This document shows, in pieces, positions 1 to 9,061 of a DNA stretch of 64,000 bases. The notes beneath the pieces were generated by a model. It was given only the letters and a program-made list of their open reading frames with translations, ran no database searches and had not been told where the DNA came from. A program made the translations under genes and the position numbers. The stretch's first letter is position 1. The number at the start of each line of letters is the position of its first letter. Location: positions 1-64,000 of the forward strand of contig JADHWK010000001.1 of the NCBI GenBank assembly GCA_016783505.1. The letters run 5' to 3'. Source of the DNA: Candidatus Zhuqueibacterota bacterium (GTDB taxonomy: Bacteria > BS750m-G25).

Positions 1-23
1 TCGTTTAAAGTTAACGAAACCCG

Positions 24-123
24 CCCCGTTAGATATTGAAAATTCAAACTGTTGTTAAAAAGTATCTATTAGATATTTGCTTACATAGGTCTACTAAAAT
101 TATAAGGATTTATCTAAGGGGGG
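24..123. mobile_element. ~100-bp MITE-like element with CCCCGTTAGATA-type terminal inverted repeats
   Basis: ccccgttagata (24-35) vs tatctaaggggg(g) (111-123), one mismatch; ccg on both flanks (21-23, 124-126); AT-rich interior. Confidence 0.55.
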
Positions 124-153
124 CCGTATCGAAGCCCGGCATTAGGCTTTCGT

Positions 154-567
154 ATCAGTCGGGCGCCTGACCGAGCCCGGTTTAGCCGAATACCGAAGGC
201 CGTCATCCCAAGATGCGTCCGCACCGAAAACCGATACGGGCCCCGTGGAGTAAGTTTTACTACTCAACGGGGCGGGCAGCGTTACCGATAACCCAGCTAC
301 ATGACCGTATAAAGAAATAGATCCAAAAAGAAGAACAAAAAAATCATCCTACTTCTTAGTTGCCTTTTCTTGTTAATTTTCAATTCCCAATTTCATCCCG
401 GATCCCGGTTCACGAATCACGGATCACGCATACAACAATCAGCAATCCGGGCAGACGCCCGCCCGTCTGGGCGCAATCGTTTCCCCGGGCGACTGGAATA
501 GAATCGAGTTCTCCCCCTCCAGCACCAACTCCCGCATGTCCTGGTGCAAAATAGAATACGCTAATTT
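154..567 (+). pseudogene. Repeat unit 1: upstream region and 5' fragments of the 3653-4525 gene, start codon lost
   Basis: 154-327 aligns with 3533-3652; AAG at 328 replaces ATG; the KNKKIILLLSCLFLLIFNSQFHPGS and PGDWNRIEFSPSSTNSRMSWCKIEYAN blocks are present but out of frame. Confidence 0.85.
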
Positions 568-658
568 AAAGGGTGTCATTTCCCAGCGCACAGAATTCGA
601 CCACCGATCATATTATCCAAAATATGAGACCATCACCAATCAAAACGGAGTCTTTTAA

Positions 659-700
659 CTTGAAAATATTCCCTATAATGATTATATTGTTATTTTCAAG
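659..700 (+). promoter_or_regulatory. Sigma70-like promoter bracketed by a 10-bp inverted repeat (possible HicB operator)
   Basis: TTGAAA (660-665), 17 bp, TATATT (683-688); cttgaaaata (659-668) and tattttcaag (691-700) are a perfect inverted pair. Confidence 0.55.
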
Positions 701-745
701 AAGGGCATAAAAATGATAAAAGCAATTTTTTGATAAGGAGCAAAT

Positions 746-1036
746 ATGATTAAAAACATTATCTTTAGGGTGGAAATATTTAAGGAAGATGACCAGTACG
801 TTGCGATCTGTCCCGAATTGAACGTATCAAGTTATGGTGATTCAATCGAAGAGGCGAGAAAGGCAATTTCCGAAGCCATTAATCTCTTTTTAGAGGAATG
901 CGAAGAGATGGGAACTTTGAAAGAAGTATTAGAAGAAGCAGGATTTACCCATCTTTTGGTACCTGAAGAAAAATGGATAACTAACGAGCCTGTCTCATTT
1001 GAGAAAATTAATCTTCTCGAGGCCCTCAGTGTCTGA
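746..1036 (+). CDS. hicB: HicB-family antitoxin
   Basis: IFKEDDQYVAICPELNVSSYGDSIEEARKAISEAI is the HicB N-domain motif; AAGGAG RBS. Confidence 0.85.
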   Translation: MIKNIIFRVEIFKEDDQYVAICPELNVSSYGDSIEEARKAISEAINLFLEECEEMGTLKEVLEEAGFTHLLVPEEKWITNEPVSFEKINLLEALSV

Positions 1037-1271
1037 AGGTAAGTTAGTCCCTATACATTATAAAAAACTGACAAAAATATTTGAAAAGGATGGCTTTGTG
1101 GTAAGACGTCGCAAAGGCGATCATATAAGCATGGTGAAACCAGGTATTAAAAGACCTTTGGTCATAAAAACGAGTCCCAAAAAAGTGCCAGTTACTCACA
1201 TCAGAACTAATATGACTACGGCAGGCATGAGTAGGGAACGATTTCTTAAATTGCTTGATGAAGTAAAATAA
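1029..1271 (+). CDS. hicA: HicA-family toxin
   Basis: IFEKDGFVVRRRKGDH motif; basic, ~80 aa; GTG at 1029 overlaps the hicB end. Confidence 0.8.
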   Translation: MSEGKLVPIHYKKLTKIFEKDGFVVRRRKGDHISMVKPGIKRPLVIKTSPKKVPVTHIRTNMTTAGMSRERFLKLLDEVK

Positions 1272-1305
1272 AAATCCCGATAAAATCTAATTAAACAGCC
1301 CCAAA

Positions 1306-1677
1306 ATGAAAAACACAAAAATCATCCTACTTTTTAGTTGCCTTTTCTTATTAATTTTCAATTCCCAATTTCACCCCGGATCACGGATCCAGCATCCAAC
1401 TATCAGCTATCATTCCCAAGCATTCGGGACAATCAACAATCCGGGCAGACGCCCGCCCGTCTGGGCGCAATCAGCAATCGGCAATCAGCAATCCGCATTC
1501 TGCATTCCGAAATCCGGGCAGACGCCCGCCCGTCTGGGCGCAATCGTTACCCCCGGCGATTGGAATAGAATCGAGTTCTCCCCCACCAGCACCAACTCTC
1601 GCATGTCCTGGTGCAAAATAGAATACGCTAACTTTGGGGTAAATATAAATGTCTCAATTTCTTCATTTAACATATAA
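1306..1677 (+). pseudogene. Repeat unit 2: truncated copy of the 3653 gene 5' region
   Basis: Same N-terminal block and PGDWNRIEF...IEYANFGV block, separated by a 7-mer repeat tract; homology stops after FGV. Confidence 0.85.
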
Positions 1678-1711
1678 GAGCAATTGAAAGGAAATTTCTG
1701 AGGGCATTTAG

Positions 1712-1969
1712 ATGGAACAGACAAAATACATTGACAAAGATGAATTCGTAGAGAGGGGGAAAAGAATATATAAAAGGTTAAAACCAAAGTTAGAAAGGGA
1801 TTTTAAAGGGAAAGTAATTGCTATTGAAATTGAGTCTGGTGATTATGTTGTTGGAGAAGACGAACTGGATGCGGCGATAAAGGCGAAAAAGAAATTCCCT
1901 GGGAAGATATTTGATTTCATACGGATTGGATATGAGGTAGTTCATAAACTTCGAAAGGGTAAAGAGTGA
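1712..1969 (+). CDS. Small protein, DUF5678-like partner of a clan AA aspartic protease
   Basis: KGKVIAIEIESGDY...AKKKFPGK...RIG pattern; coupled (GTGA overlap) to the protease gene. Confidence 0.6.
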   Translation: MEQTKYIDKDEFVERGKRIYKRLKPKLERDFKGKVIAIEIESGDYVVGEDELDAAIKAKKKFPGKIFDFIRIGYEVVHKLRKGKE

Positions 1970-2331
1970 TCAAAGGCTTCGTCAATGAGCATGAAGAACC
2001 TATTATTGAATTAACCTTGATTTTAAGAAACGAACCTAGGAATTTCCCCGCGGTTATTGATACCGGATTTAATGGGTATATTAGTGTGCCCGAAAAACAC
2101 GTAAAAAGTTCAGATTGGCTCTTTATGGGTTATGAAGAATATGAGCTGGCTTCAGGAGAGATAGTGAAGGCAAAAACTTATTTAGGAAACATTGTATTTG
2201 ATGAAAAACAAATGCCAACCTTCATTTTATCCTCAACATCCAAGGATATTTTAATTGGCACCCGATTATTGGGGACTAAAACGTTGTTCATAAATTTTAT
2301 TGATAAGAAAGTTGTTATTAATGATAAATAA
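1966..2331 (+). CDS. Clan AA (retropepsin-like) aspartic protease
   Basis: AVIDTGFNG catalytic motif, ELASG flap, ILIGTRLL C-terminal motif. Confidence 0.85.
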   Translation: MIKGFVNEHEEPIIELTLILRNEPRNFPAVIDTGFNGYISVPEKHVKSSDWLFMGYEEYELASGEIVKAKTYLGNIVFDEKQMPTFILSSTSKDILIGTRLLGTKTLFINFIDKKVVINDK

Positions 2332-2397
2332 ATACGCCCTTTTCTTATCTCCCATCATAGGTGAATTTTTATCTTTCATCTTTTATCTTATTTTTCA

Positions 2398-2897
2398 GTC
2401 ACCGATAACCTAGTTCCGATTAACGTATAAATAAACCAAAAATGAAGAACAAAAAAATCATCTTACTTCTTAGTTGCCTTTTCTTATTAATTTTCAATTC
2501 CCAATTTCATCCCGGATCACGGATCATGGATTCAGCTGTCAGCAATCAGTCCCGAGCATTCGGGACTATCAGCCGTCAGCCGTCAGCTTTCAGCCATCTT
2601 TCAAACTTACCACTTAGCAATCAACAATTAACAATCAACAATCAGCAATCAACAATCAGCAATTCATCTCTAACCCCTCCACACTCCGATGCGGCTAACT
2701 CCCCTTCACCTGGTGATTGGAATAAAATTGAGTTCTCCCCCTCCAGCACCAACTCCCGCATGTCCTGGTGCAAAATAGAATACGCTAACTTCGGGGTTTA
2801 CCCTGTTAAATATAAATATTTCAATTTCTTCAATGTTCTATTTGTCAGTTTAAAGGGGTCCCCAATTTTAATATGGGGTTCGGAAATGATTATTTAA
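2398..2897 (+). pseudogene. Repeat unit 3: truncated copy of the 3653 gene 5' region (ORF 2442-2897)
   Basis: Upstream gtcaccgataacc resembles 3606-3640; both conserved blocks present with the longest 7-mer tract; ends in a MITE-like element. Confidence 0.85.
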
Positions 2898-2907
2898 CGG
2901 GGTGAAC
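2796..2907. mobile_element. ~100-bp MITE-like element
   Basis: gtttaccctgttaaata (2796-2812) vs tatttaacggggtgaac (2891-2907), 15/17 inverted match. Confidence 0.55.
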
Positions 2908-2953
2908 TGTAGGGAGTAAATCAACCGAATCATTAATTTCTCAGGAGGATGTC

Positions 2954-3301
2954 ATGAAACCTATTAAATCAATGAAATGTTATGTTTTTAAAGATGTATC
3001 ACCTTTACACATTCTCTTTACTGAAGAGGATGGTGTAATTGTCGTGAGATGTTTAGACTTCAGCATTTCCAGCCACGGTAACACTATCCAAGAAGCCATA
3101 GAATCTATGAATATTGCTTTGATAGATTATATCAGGCATGGTATAGAAAATGGCGATATTGACGCTCTTTTTGACCCTGACCTGAAGGAATATTGGGATT
3201 TATATATGGAGTTAGAGATCGAAGAGGAAAGGAAAAGTTTTAGGGAGCACCTCAAGGAGGTTGAGAAGAATGTTCAGAGTGAAGGATTAATCTATGCTTA
3301 A
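2954..3301 (+). CDS. HicB-like antitoxin
   Basis: EEDGVIVVRCLDFSISSHGNTIQEAIESM resembles the HicB N-domain; AGGAGG RBS. Confidence 0.65.
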   Translation: MKPIKSMKCYVFKDVSPLHILFTEEDGVIVVRCLDFSISSHGNTIQEAIESMNIALIDYIRHGIENGDIDALFDPDLKEYWDLYMELEIEEERKSFREHLKEVEKNVQSEGLIYA

Positions 3302-3509
3302 GCCCAAGGAATTGCGGAAGGTCATCAAAATTCTATCAAACTATGGAATTAAATTCAAATATTCCAAGAGGGGAAAGCATTCGGGTAAGTTTTATAAAGG
3401 GGCGAAATCCTTTCCTGTGAAAGCACATGGTAAAAAGACCGAAATTCTCCCCTATGCGTTAAAGGGATTAATCAAGAAATACGGCTTACCAGAGGATGTT
3501 TTTTATTAA
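3294..3509 (+). CDS. HicA-like toxin
   Basis: 71 aa, basic, K-LRKVIKIL..YG....RGKH....FPVKAHG pattern; overlaps the antitoxin. Confidence 0.6.
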   Translation: MLKPKELRKVIKILSNYGIKFKYSKRGKHSGKFYKGAKSFPVKAHGKKTEILPYALKGLIKKYGLPEDVFY

Positions 3510-3652
3510 CTTTTATAAGGAACAAAGGAAATATCAGTCGGGCGCCTGACCGAGCCAGGTTTAGCCGAATACCGAAGGCCGTCAACGAAAACCGATACGG
3601 GCTGCGTTACCGATAACCCAGCTACATGACCGTATAAAGAAATAGCCCCAAA

Positions 3653-4525
3653 ATGAAAAACAAAAAAATCCTATTACTTTTTAGTTGCTTTTTCCTATTA
3701 TTTCTCAATTCCCAATTTCATCCCGGATCACGGATCATGGATTCAGCTATCAGCAATCAGCAATTAACAATCCTCTCCCCGGGTATCTGGAATAGAATCG
3801 AGTTCTCCCCCACCAGCACCAACTCCCGCATGTCCTGGTGCAAAATAGAATACGCCAACTTTGGTGTCTATTCTGATGGGGCTTCGCCGGAACTTAACCA
3901 CCTTATCGTTAGAAATTGTTCCGACACCGGCATTTGCTTTTCCTCTGTCCCCTCAATCCTTGATCCTTTATCTTTTATTATTGCCGAAGGCAACAGAGTG
4001 GGGTTTCAGTTTGAAGGAGTGGACTCCGGATTAGTGGGAAGGAATGTGGTGGTTGGTAATGATGAAGTGGGGATTGGGTGTAAGACGAATCCGCTGAGAA
4101 TTTCAAATAACCTGCTTAATCGTAATAATACAGGCGTTTTGTGTGAATACGGTTCGCATTCCACTATTGAGCACAATGGAATTCTAAATAATAGCTATGA
4201 AATAATAACACGATGTAGTTCTAATGCGATGGTTAACTTGAACAATTTAGCTAGTAATTTAATTAGGCAGATTCGTATTGAACATAACTCTTTTCCTACG
4301 ATAAATTCTAATAACTTTAGTAATAACCCAGATATTTGTATAAGCTTACTTTGGACCTGGAATGTTAACGCAAAAAACAATTGGTGGGAAACTACAGTTG
4401 AAAATGAAATAGATGAAATGATCTGGGATGGAAATGATGTGAATGATCCGGAACATCCTTTGGGATTTGTGGAATATATTCCTTTTGAGATTTCTATAAT
4501 TGATAGCTCAGGCATTCAGAATTAA
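3653..4525 (+). CDS. Right-handed parallel beta-helix (NosD/PbH1-like) exported protein
   Basis: Signal-like N-terminus; repeated I.NN.I..N..GI units; C-terminal NAKNNWW...IWDGND motif. Confidence 0.75.
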   Translation: MKNKKILLLFSCFFLLFLNSQFHPGSRIMDSAISNQQLTILSPGIWNRIEFSPTSTNSRMSWCKIEYANFGVYSDGASPELNHLIVRNCSDTGICFSSVPSILDPLSFIIAEGNRVGFQFEGVDSGLVGRNVVVGNDEVGIGCKTNPLRISNNLLNRNNTGVLCEYGSHSTIEHNGILNNSYEIITRCSSNAMVNLNNLASNLIRQIRIEHNSFPTINSNNFSNNPDICISLLWTWNVNAKNNWWETTVENEIDEMIWDGNDVNDPEHPLGFVEYIPFEISIIDSSGIQN

Positions 4526-4535
4526 TAATTAAAAA

Positions 4536-5495
4536 ATGGCAAAATTTCTTGTAACCGGCGGCGCTGGCTTCATCGGTTCCAACATTTTTGAAGAGCTTTT
4601 GAAAAGAGGAGAAAAGGTAAGAGTTCTTGATAACTTCTCCACAGGCAAACGAGAAAACATCAGCGATATCTTAAGGGTTTTGTCTAATGACTCAATAACT
4701 CAATTACCTAATAATTTAGAAATAATTGAAGGAGATATAAGAAGTTATCATATTGTCAGAGAAGCAGTTGAAGGGGTGGATTTTATTTTACACCAAGCGG
4801 CTTTGCCTTCTGTGCCTCGTTCTATAAAGGATCCAATAACGACTAATGAGGTTAATGTAAAAGGAACTTTAAATATTTTGTATGCGGCTAAGGATGCTGG
4901 TGTTAAAAGAGTAATTTATGCTTCTTCATCTTCTATTTATGGAGACAGCGAAGTTTTACCAAAGAAAGAAGATATGACACCAAATCCGCTTTCGCCTTAT
5001 GCGGTCTCTAAATTGGCAGGTGAGAAATATTGTCAGGTGTTTTATCAGATTTATGGATTGGAAACGATTTGTTTGAGATATTTCAATGTTTTCGGACCAA
5101 GACAAGACCCGACTTCGCAATATTCAGCAGTGATTCCGAAGTTCATTACAATGATGAAAAAGGGTGAAAGACCCATAATTTATGGGGATGGAAAGCAGAG
5201 CAGGGATTTTACCTATGTGGCGAACGTGGTGGAGGCGAATATTTTAGCTTGCACCGGAAATAATATGACTGGAGAGGTTCTTAATATCGCTTGCAGTGAA
5301 CGATTCACGCTTTTGGATCTGGTTAGGCAATTGAATCACATACTTGGCAAAAATTTTGAGCCTGTGTTTGAACCACCTCGCCCAGGGGATGTGAAGCACT
5401 CAATGGCTGATATTTCGAAAGCTATAAAGGGAATAAACTATTTTGTTAAAACTGATTTTGCTACTGGGATAAAAATTACTACTGAATTTTTGTAA
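4536..5495 (+). CDS. NAD-dependent epimerase (WbpP/WbgU-like extended SDR)
   Basis: TGGAGFIG, HQAALPSVPRS, YAVSK, RYFNVFGPRQDP. Confidence 0.9.
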   Translation: MAKFLVTGGAGFIGSNIFEELLKRGEKVRVLDNFSTGKRENISDILRVLSNDSITQLPNNLEIIEGDIRSYHIVREAVEGVDFILHQAALPSVPRSIKDPITTNEVNVKGTLNILYAAKDAGVKRVIYASSSSIYGDSEVLPKKEDMTPNPLSPYAVSKLAGEKYCQVFYQIYGLETICLRYFNVFGPRQDPTSQYSAVIPKFITMMKKGERPIIYGDGKQSRDFTYVANVVEANILACTGNNMTGEVLNIACSERFTLLDLVRQLNHILGKNFEPVFEPPRPGDVKHSMADISKAIKGINYFVKTDFATGIKITTEFL

Positions 5496-5496
5496 G

Positions 5497-6516
5497 ATGA
5501 ATGAAGATATGGTCAGTGTAGGATTAATCGGTTGTGGATACTGGGGACCCAACTTACTAAGGAATCTTGTTGCCAATCCTAAATGTGAGGTTAAGTGGGT
5601 AGTTGATATTTCAAATAATAGGCAAGAGTATGTTCGCGGCATCTATCCTGCATTAAAGATTACAGATGACTTAGGAGATGTACTTTACGATAATGATGTT
5701 AAAGCAATAATTATAGCCACACCTGCGAAATCACATTACAGTTTAACAATTAGTGCTCTCAAAGCTGGAAAACATGTGCTTGTAGAAAAACCAATGGCAA
5801 TGAAAGTTGAGGAAGTTGACAAAATTGGTACGATAGCTAAAGAAAATAACTTGGTTGCAATGGCAGGGCATACGTTTCTCTACAATGCAGCAGTGCGTTT
5901 AGTTAAACAGTTGATCAATTCTGGTGAACTTGGGGCAATTCGTTACATTTACAGCCAGCGATTGAACCTTGGGCGAATACGTTCAGATGTGGATGCCCTC
6001 TGGAATCTTGCGCCACACGATGTTAGTATCATCCAGTACTGGCTGGGGAATCCTAAACCTGTAAGGGTGACACGAAATGGTATGGCCTATGTGCAAAACG
6101 GCGTGGATGATGTAGTATTCATGAATATTATTTATCCCGGAAATATAATGGCAAATATACATGTGAGTTGGCTTGATCCGCATAAGGTAAGAAGGATGAT
6201 TGTGGTTAGCTCCAAGAAAATGGTGTTGTATGATGATATAGCAGAAAATAAAATAGCAATCTATGATAAAGGAATTGATAGAATGGCGGTATTAGGTGAA
6301 CATATGGATTTTGACGATCCCAGCACATTTACGTTTAACCATCGTTCCGGTGATATTATCTTGCCAAAAATAAATTGGCAGGAGCCATTGAAGGTTGAGA
6401 TCGAACATTTTGTGGATTGTATACTGAATGGGACAGAATGCTTAACTGGTGTAGACCATACAAGAAAGGTCGTAAATATTCTTTCTTTAGGTAAAAGGCC
6501 AACCAATGATCAGTAA
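5497..6516 (+). CDS. Gfo/Idh/MocA oxidoreductase (WlbA/WbpB-like sugar 3-dehydrogenase)
   Basis: GCGYWGPN, HVLVEKP, LAPHD motifs. Confidence 0.85.
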   Translation: MNEDMVSVGLIGCGYWGPNLLRNLVANPKCEVKWVVDISNNRQEYVRGIYPALKITDDLGDVLYDNDVKAIIIATPAKSHYSLTISALKAGKHVLVEKPMAMKVEEVDKIGTIAKENNLVAMAGHTFLYNAAVRLVKQLINSGELGAIRYIYSQRLNLGRIRSDVDALWNLAPHDVSIIQYWLGNPKPVRVTRNGMAYVQNGVDDVVFMNIIYPGNIMANIHVSWLDPHKVRRMIVVSSKKMVLYDDIAENKIAIYDKGIDRMAVLGEHMDFDDPSTFTFNHRSGDIILPKINWQEPLKVEIEHFVDCILNGTECLTGVDHTRKVVNILSLGKRPTNDQ

Positions 6517-6967
6517 GACAGCGGTCGTAAAAGATGCCAAGATTGGTGAAAACACTTATATAGGGGAATTTGCTAATGTTTATGGATGCGAGATTGGCGA
6601 CAACTGTAAAATTGGATCTTATGTAGAAATCCAGAATAATGTTAAAATAGGGAATAATGTTACGATTTCCACGCATTCTTTTATTTGTTCGTTGGTTACG
6701 ATAGAAGACGATGTGTTTATTTCTCATGGGGTTATGACCATTAATGACATTTATCCTCCATCTTTCCGCAAAACCAGTTCAAAAAAACACTGGAAAAAAA
6801 CATTGATAAAAAAGGGGGCTGTGATAGGTAGTAATGCCACCTTGCTACCAGTGACTATCGGGGAAAACGCGTTAGTGGGCGCCGGTGCAGTTGTGACAGA
6901 AGATGTGCCTGATAATTGTGTGGTTGCTGGTAATCCTGCCCAAGTAATTAGAATAAAGGATAAGTAA
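6506..6967 (+). CDS. Hexapeptide-repeat N-acetyltransferase (WbpD/WlbB-like)
   Basis: IGxN hexapeptide repeats, GAGAVVT, VAGNPA. Confidence 0.88.
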   Translation: MISKTAVVKDAKIGENTYIGEFANVYGCEIGDNCKIGSYVEIQNNVKIGNNVTISTHSFICSLVTIEDDVFISHGVMTINDIYPPSFRKTSSKKHWKKTLIKKGAVIGSNATLLPVTIGENALVGAGAVVTEDVPDNCVVAGNPAQVIRIKDK

Positions 6968-6971
6968 ATAT

Positions 6972-8078
6972 ATGGACATACCCTTTGTAGACCTAAAAGT
7001 CCAGTATCAATCCTTAAAGAATGAGATTGATTCAGCTATTCAAAATGTAATCAATGAAACAGGTTTTATTAAAGGGAAGTATGTACAAAATTTTGAAGAA
7101 GAGTATGCTAGAGCTTATGGTGTAAAACACTGTATCAGCTGCGCCAACGGCACTGATGCAATTTACATCAGTTTGAAAGCTCTGGGCATTGGTACCGGTG
7201 ATGAAGTGATCACTGTAGCAAATACTTGGATATCTACTTCCGAGGCAATCACTCAAGCAAGTGCCAGACCCGTATTTGTCGATATTCATCCCGATTATTA
7301 CACTATTAATGTTTCAAAAATAAAAACAAAGATCACTGCTAAGACAAAAGCGATTATTCCCGTCCATTTATTTGGTCAACCAGCGGAAATTGATAAAATA
7401 AATAAAATTTGCGGGGAGTATAATCTCTATTTGATTGAAGATTGCGCTCAGGCTCATTTTGCTGAGTACAAGGGCAAAAAGGTGGGCACATTCGGCATCG
7501 CTGGGACGTTCAGCTTTTATCCGGGCAAGAACCTGGGGGCTTACGGAGACGCGGGGGCCATCATTCCCAATGACGATGATTTTGGGGTTAAGGCGAGAAT
7601 GTTTGCCAATCACGGTTCATTAAAAAAACATCATCATGAATTCGAAGGTATCAACAGCCGTTTGGACGGCCTGCAGGCGGCGATCCTCTCAGTGAAACTA
7701 AAGTACATCAGCGAATGGAATGAAAAGCGCCGTCAGCACGCGCTGAATTATAATGAGTTGCTCTCGAATATTGATGGTATCACAACGCCGAAGATCCACC
7801 CCGATGTGAAGCATGTTTTCCACCTTTACGTAATAAGGATAAATAAAAGGAATGAATTGCAAAAATATCTAAAAGATAGCGGCATAGCAACAGGAATACA
7901 TTATCCAACTCCGCTGCCTTTTTTAAAAGCCTACGAATATCTTAAACATACAAATGAAGATTTTCCCGTTGCATATAAATACAAAGATGAGATTTTATCG
8001 TTACCTATTTTTCCTGAACTAAGTAAAGGTCAAATTCAATATGTTGTAGATTGTATAAAGAGGTTTAATAATGTATAG
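6972..8078 (+). CDS. DegT/DnrJ/EryC1/StrS aminotransferase (WbpE/WlbC-like)
   Basis: IPFVDL, IEDCAQAH, SFYPGKNLGAYGDAG, GIHYP. Confidence 0.92.
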   Translation: MDIPFVDLKVQYQSLKNEIDSAIQNVINETGFIKGKYVQNFEEEYARAYGVKHCISCANGTDAIYISLKALGIGTGDEVITVANTWISTSEAITQASARPVFVDIHPDYYTINVSKIKTKITAKTKAIIPVHLFGQPAEIDKINKICGEYNLYLIEDCAQAHFAEYKGKKVGTFGIAGTFSFYPGKNLGAYGDAGAIIPNDDDFGVKARMFANHGSLKKHHHEFEGINSRLDGLQAAILSVKLKYISEWNEKRRQHALNYNELLSNIDGITTPKIHPDVKHVFHLYVIRINKRNELQKYLKDSGIATGIHYPTPLPFLKAYEYLKHTNEDFPVAYKYKDEILSLPIFPELSKGQIQYVVDCIKRFNNV

Positions 8079-9021
8079 AGATAAAAAAATATCCTTAGTT
8101 ATTCCCGCCTATAAAGAAGAGAACTTAATTAAACCCACTCTTGAAGTTGTACCGGACATAATTGACAAAGTTTATGTTGTGGATGATTGCAGCCCAGATA
8201 ATCAGAATGAAGTTATTTTAGATTGTGCAAGAAAAGATACAAGAATTAAACTTTTGAAGAATGAAGTTAACCAAGGTCCTGGTGGAGCAGTTATAACCGG
8301 TTATATGCAGTCTTCGGTGGAAGGTTATGATATAGCTGTAGTTGTTGGTGGTGATAACCAGATGCCCTTGGATCAGGTTTCCAATTTTCTTGAGCCATTG
8401 GTTAACGGAGAGGCGGACTATACCAAAGGAAACAGGTTTTTAGAATCGGAGGTGGAATATACCCTTAAGAAGATGCCCAAGAAGAGATTATTAGGAAACA
8501 TCATAATCACCGCTTTAACAAAAATATCTTCTGGTTATTACAAATTGATGGACGTAGTTGATGGATATACAGCTATCACTAAAAAAGCGATAGACATGGT
8601 AAATTGGGATAAGGCATGGAGAAAATATGGCTATCCAATGGACTTTCTCATTCGTTTAAACGCTTATGGTCTTAAAGTAAAGGATGTTCCAAGAAGAGCT
8701 ATCTATTTAGAAGGGGAGAGACAGTCGCAAATTAAAGGCTTACGTTATGCTCTCAGAGTCTCTCCAATGTTACTTAAAGGGTTTTTGTGGAGGTTAGTTA
8801 CAAAATATATTTATAGAGATTTTCACCCATTGGTCTTCTTTTACTTTATTGGGATGATATTTCTACCGTTAGGTTTTCTGTTTGGATTATTTTTAATCTA
8901 CCAGCAGATTGCAGGAATAGGAGTATCCGGACCTAGAGCTATTCTTTGCGCTTTAATGCTTATTATGGGTTTACAGTTTTTTCTTTTTGCAATGCTGTTT
9001 GATATGGAAGAAGGAAAGTGA
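8071..9021 (+). CDS. Glycosyltransferase family 2 with C-terminal TM helices
   Basis: VIPAYKEE, VVDDCS, KGNRF, two hydrophobic C-terminal segments. Confidence 0.9.
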   Translation: MYRDKKISLVIPAYKEENLIKPTLEVVPDIIDKVYVVDDCSPDNQNEVILDCARKDTRIKLLKNEVNQGPGGAVITGYMQSSVEGYDIAVVVGGDNQMPLDQVSNFLEPLVNGEADYTKGNRFLESEVEYTLKKMPKKRLLGNIIITALTKISSGYYKLMDVVDGYTAITKKAIDMVNWDKAWRKYGYPMDFLIRLNAYGLKVKDVPRRAIYLEGERQSQIKGLRYALRVSPMLLKGFLWRLVTKYIYRDFHPLVFFYFIGMIFLPLGFLFGLFLIYQQIAGIGVSGPRAILCALMLIMGLQFFLFAMLFDMEEGK

Positions 9022-9061
9022 ACATTTAGGATTAGGAGAATTATTTAGGAGCAAAGAAACA

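Noticed and set aside
360-1787. ORFs 360-554, 1338-1568 and 1485-1787
   Set aside because: Alternative frames of the repeated units or antisense overlaps.
154-4525. CRISPR array interpretation of the repeat-spacer pattern
   Set aside because: Repeats are hundreds of bp, variable and protein-coding in origin; spacers are whole gene pairs; no cas genes.
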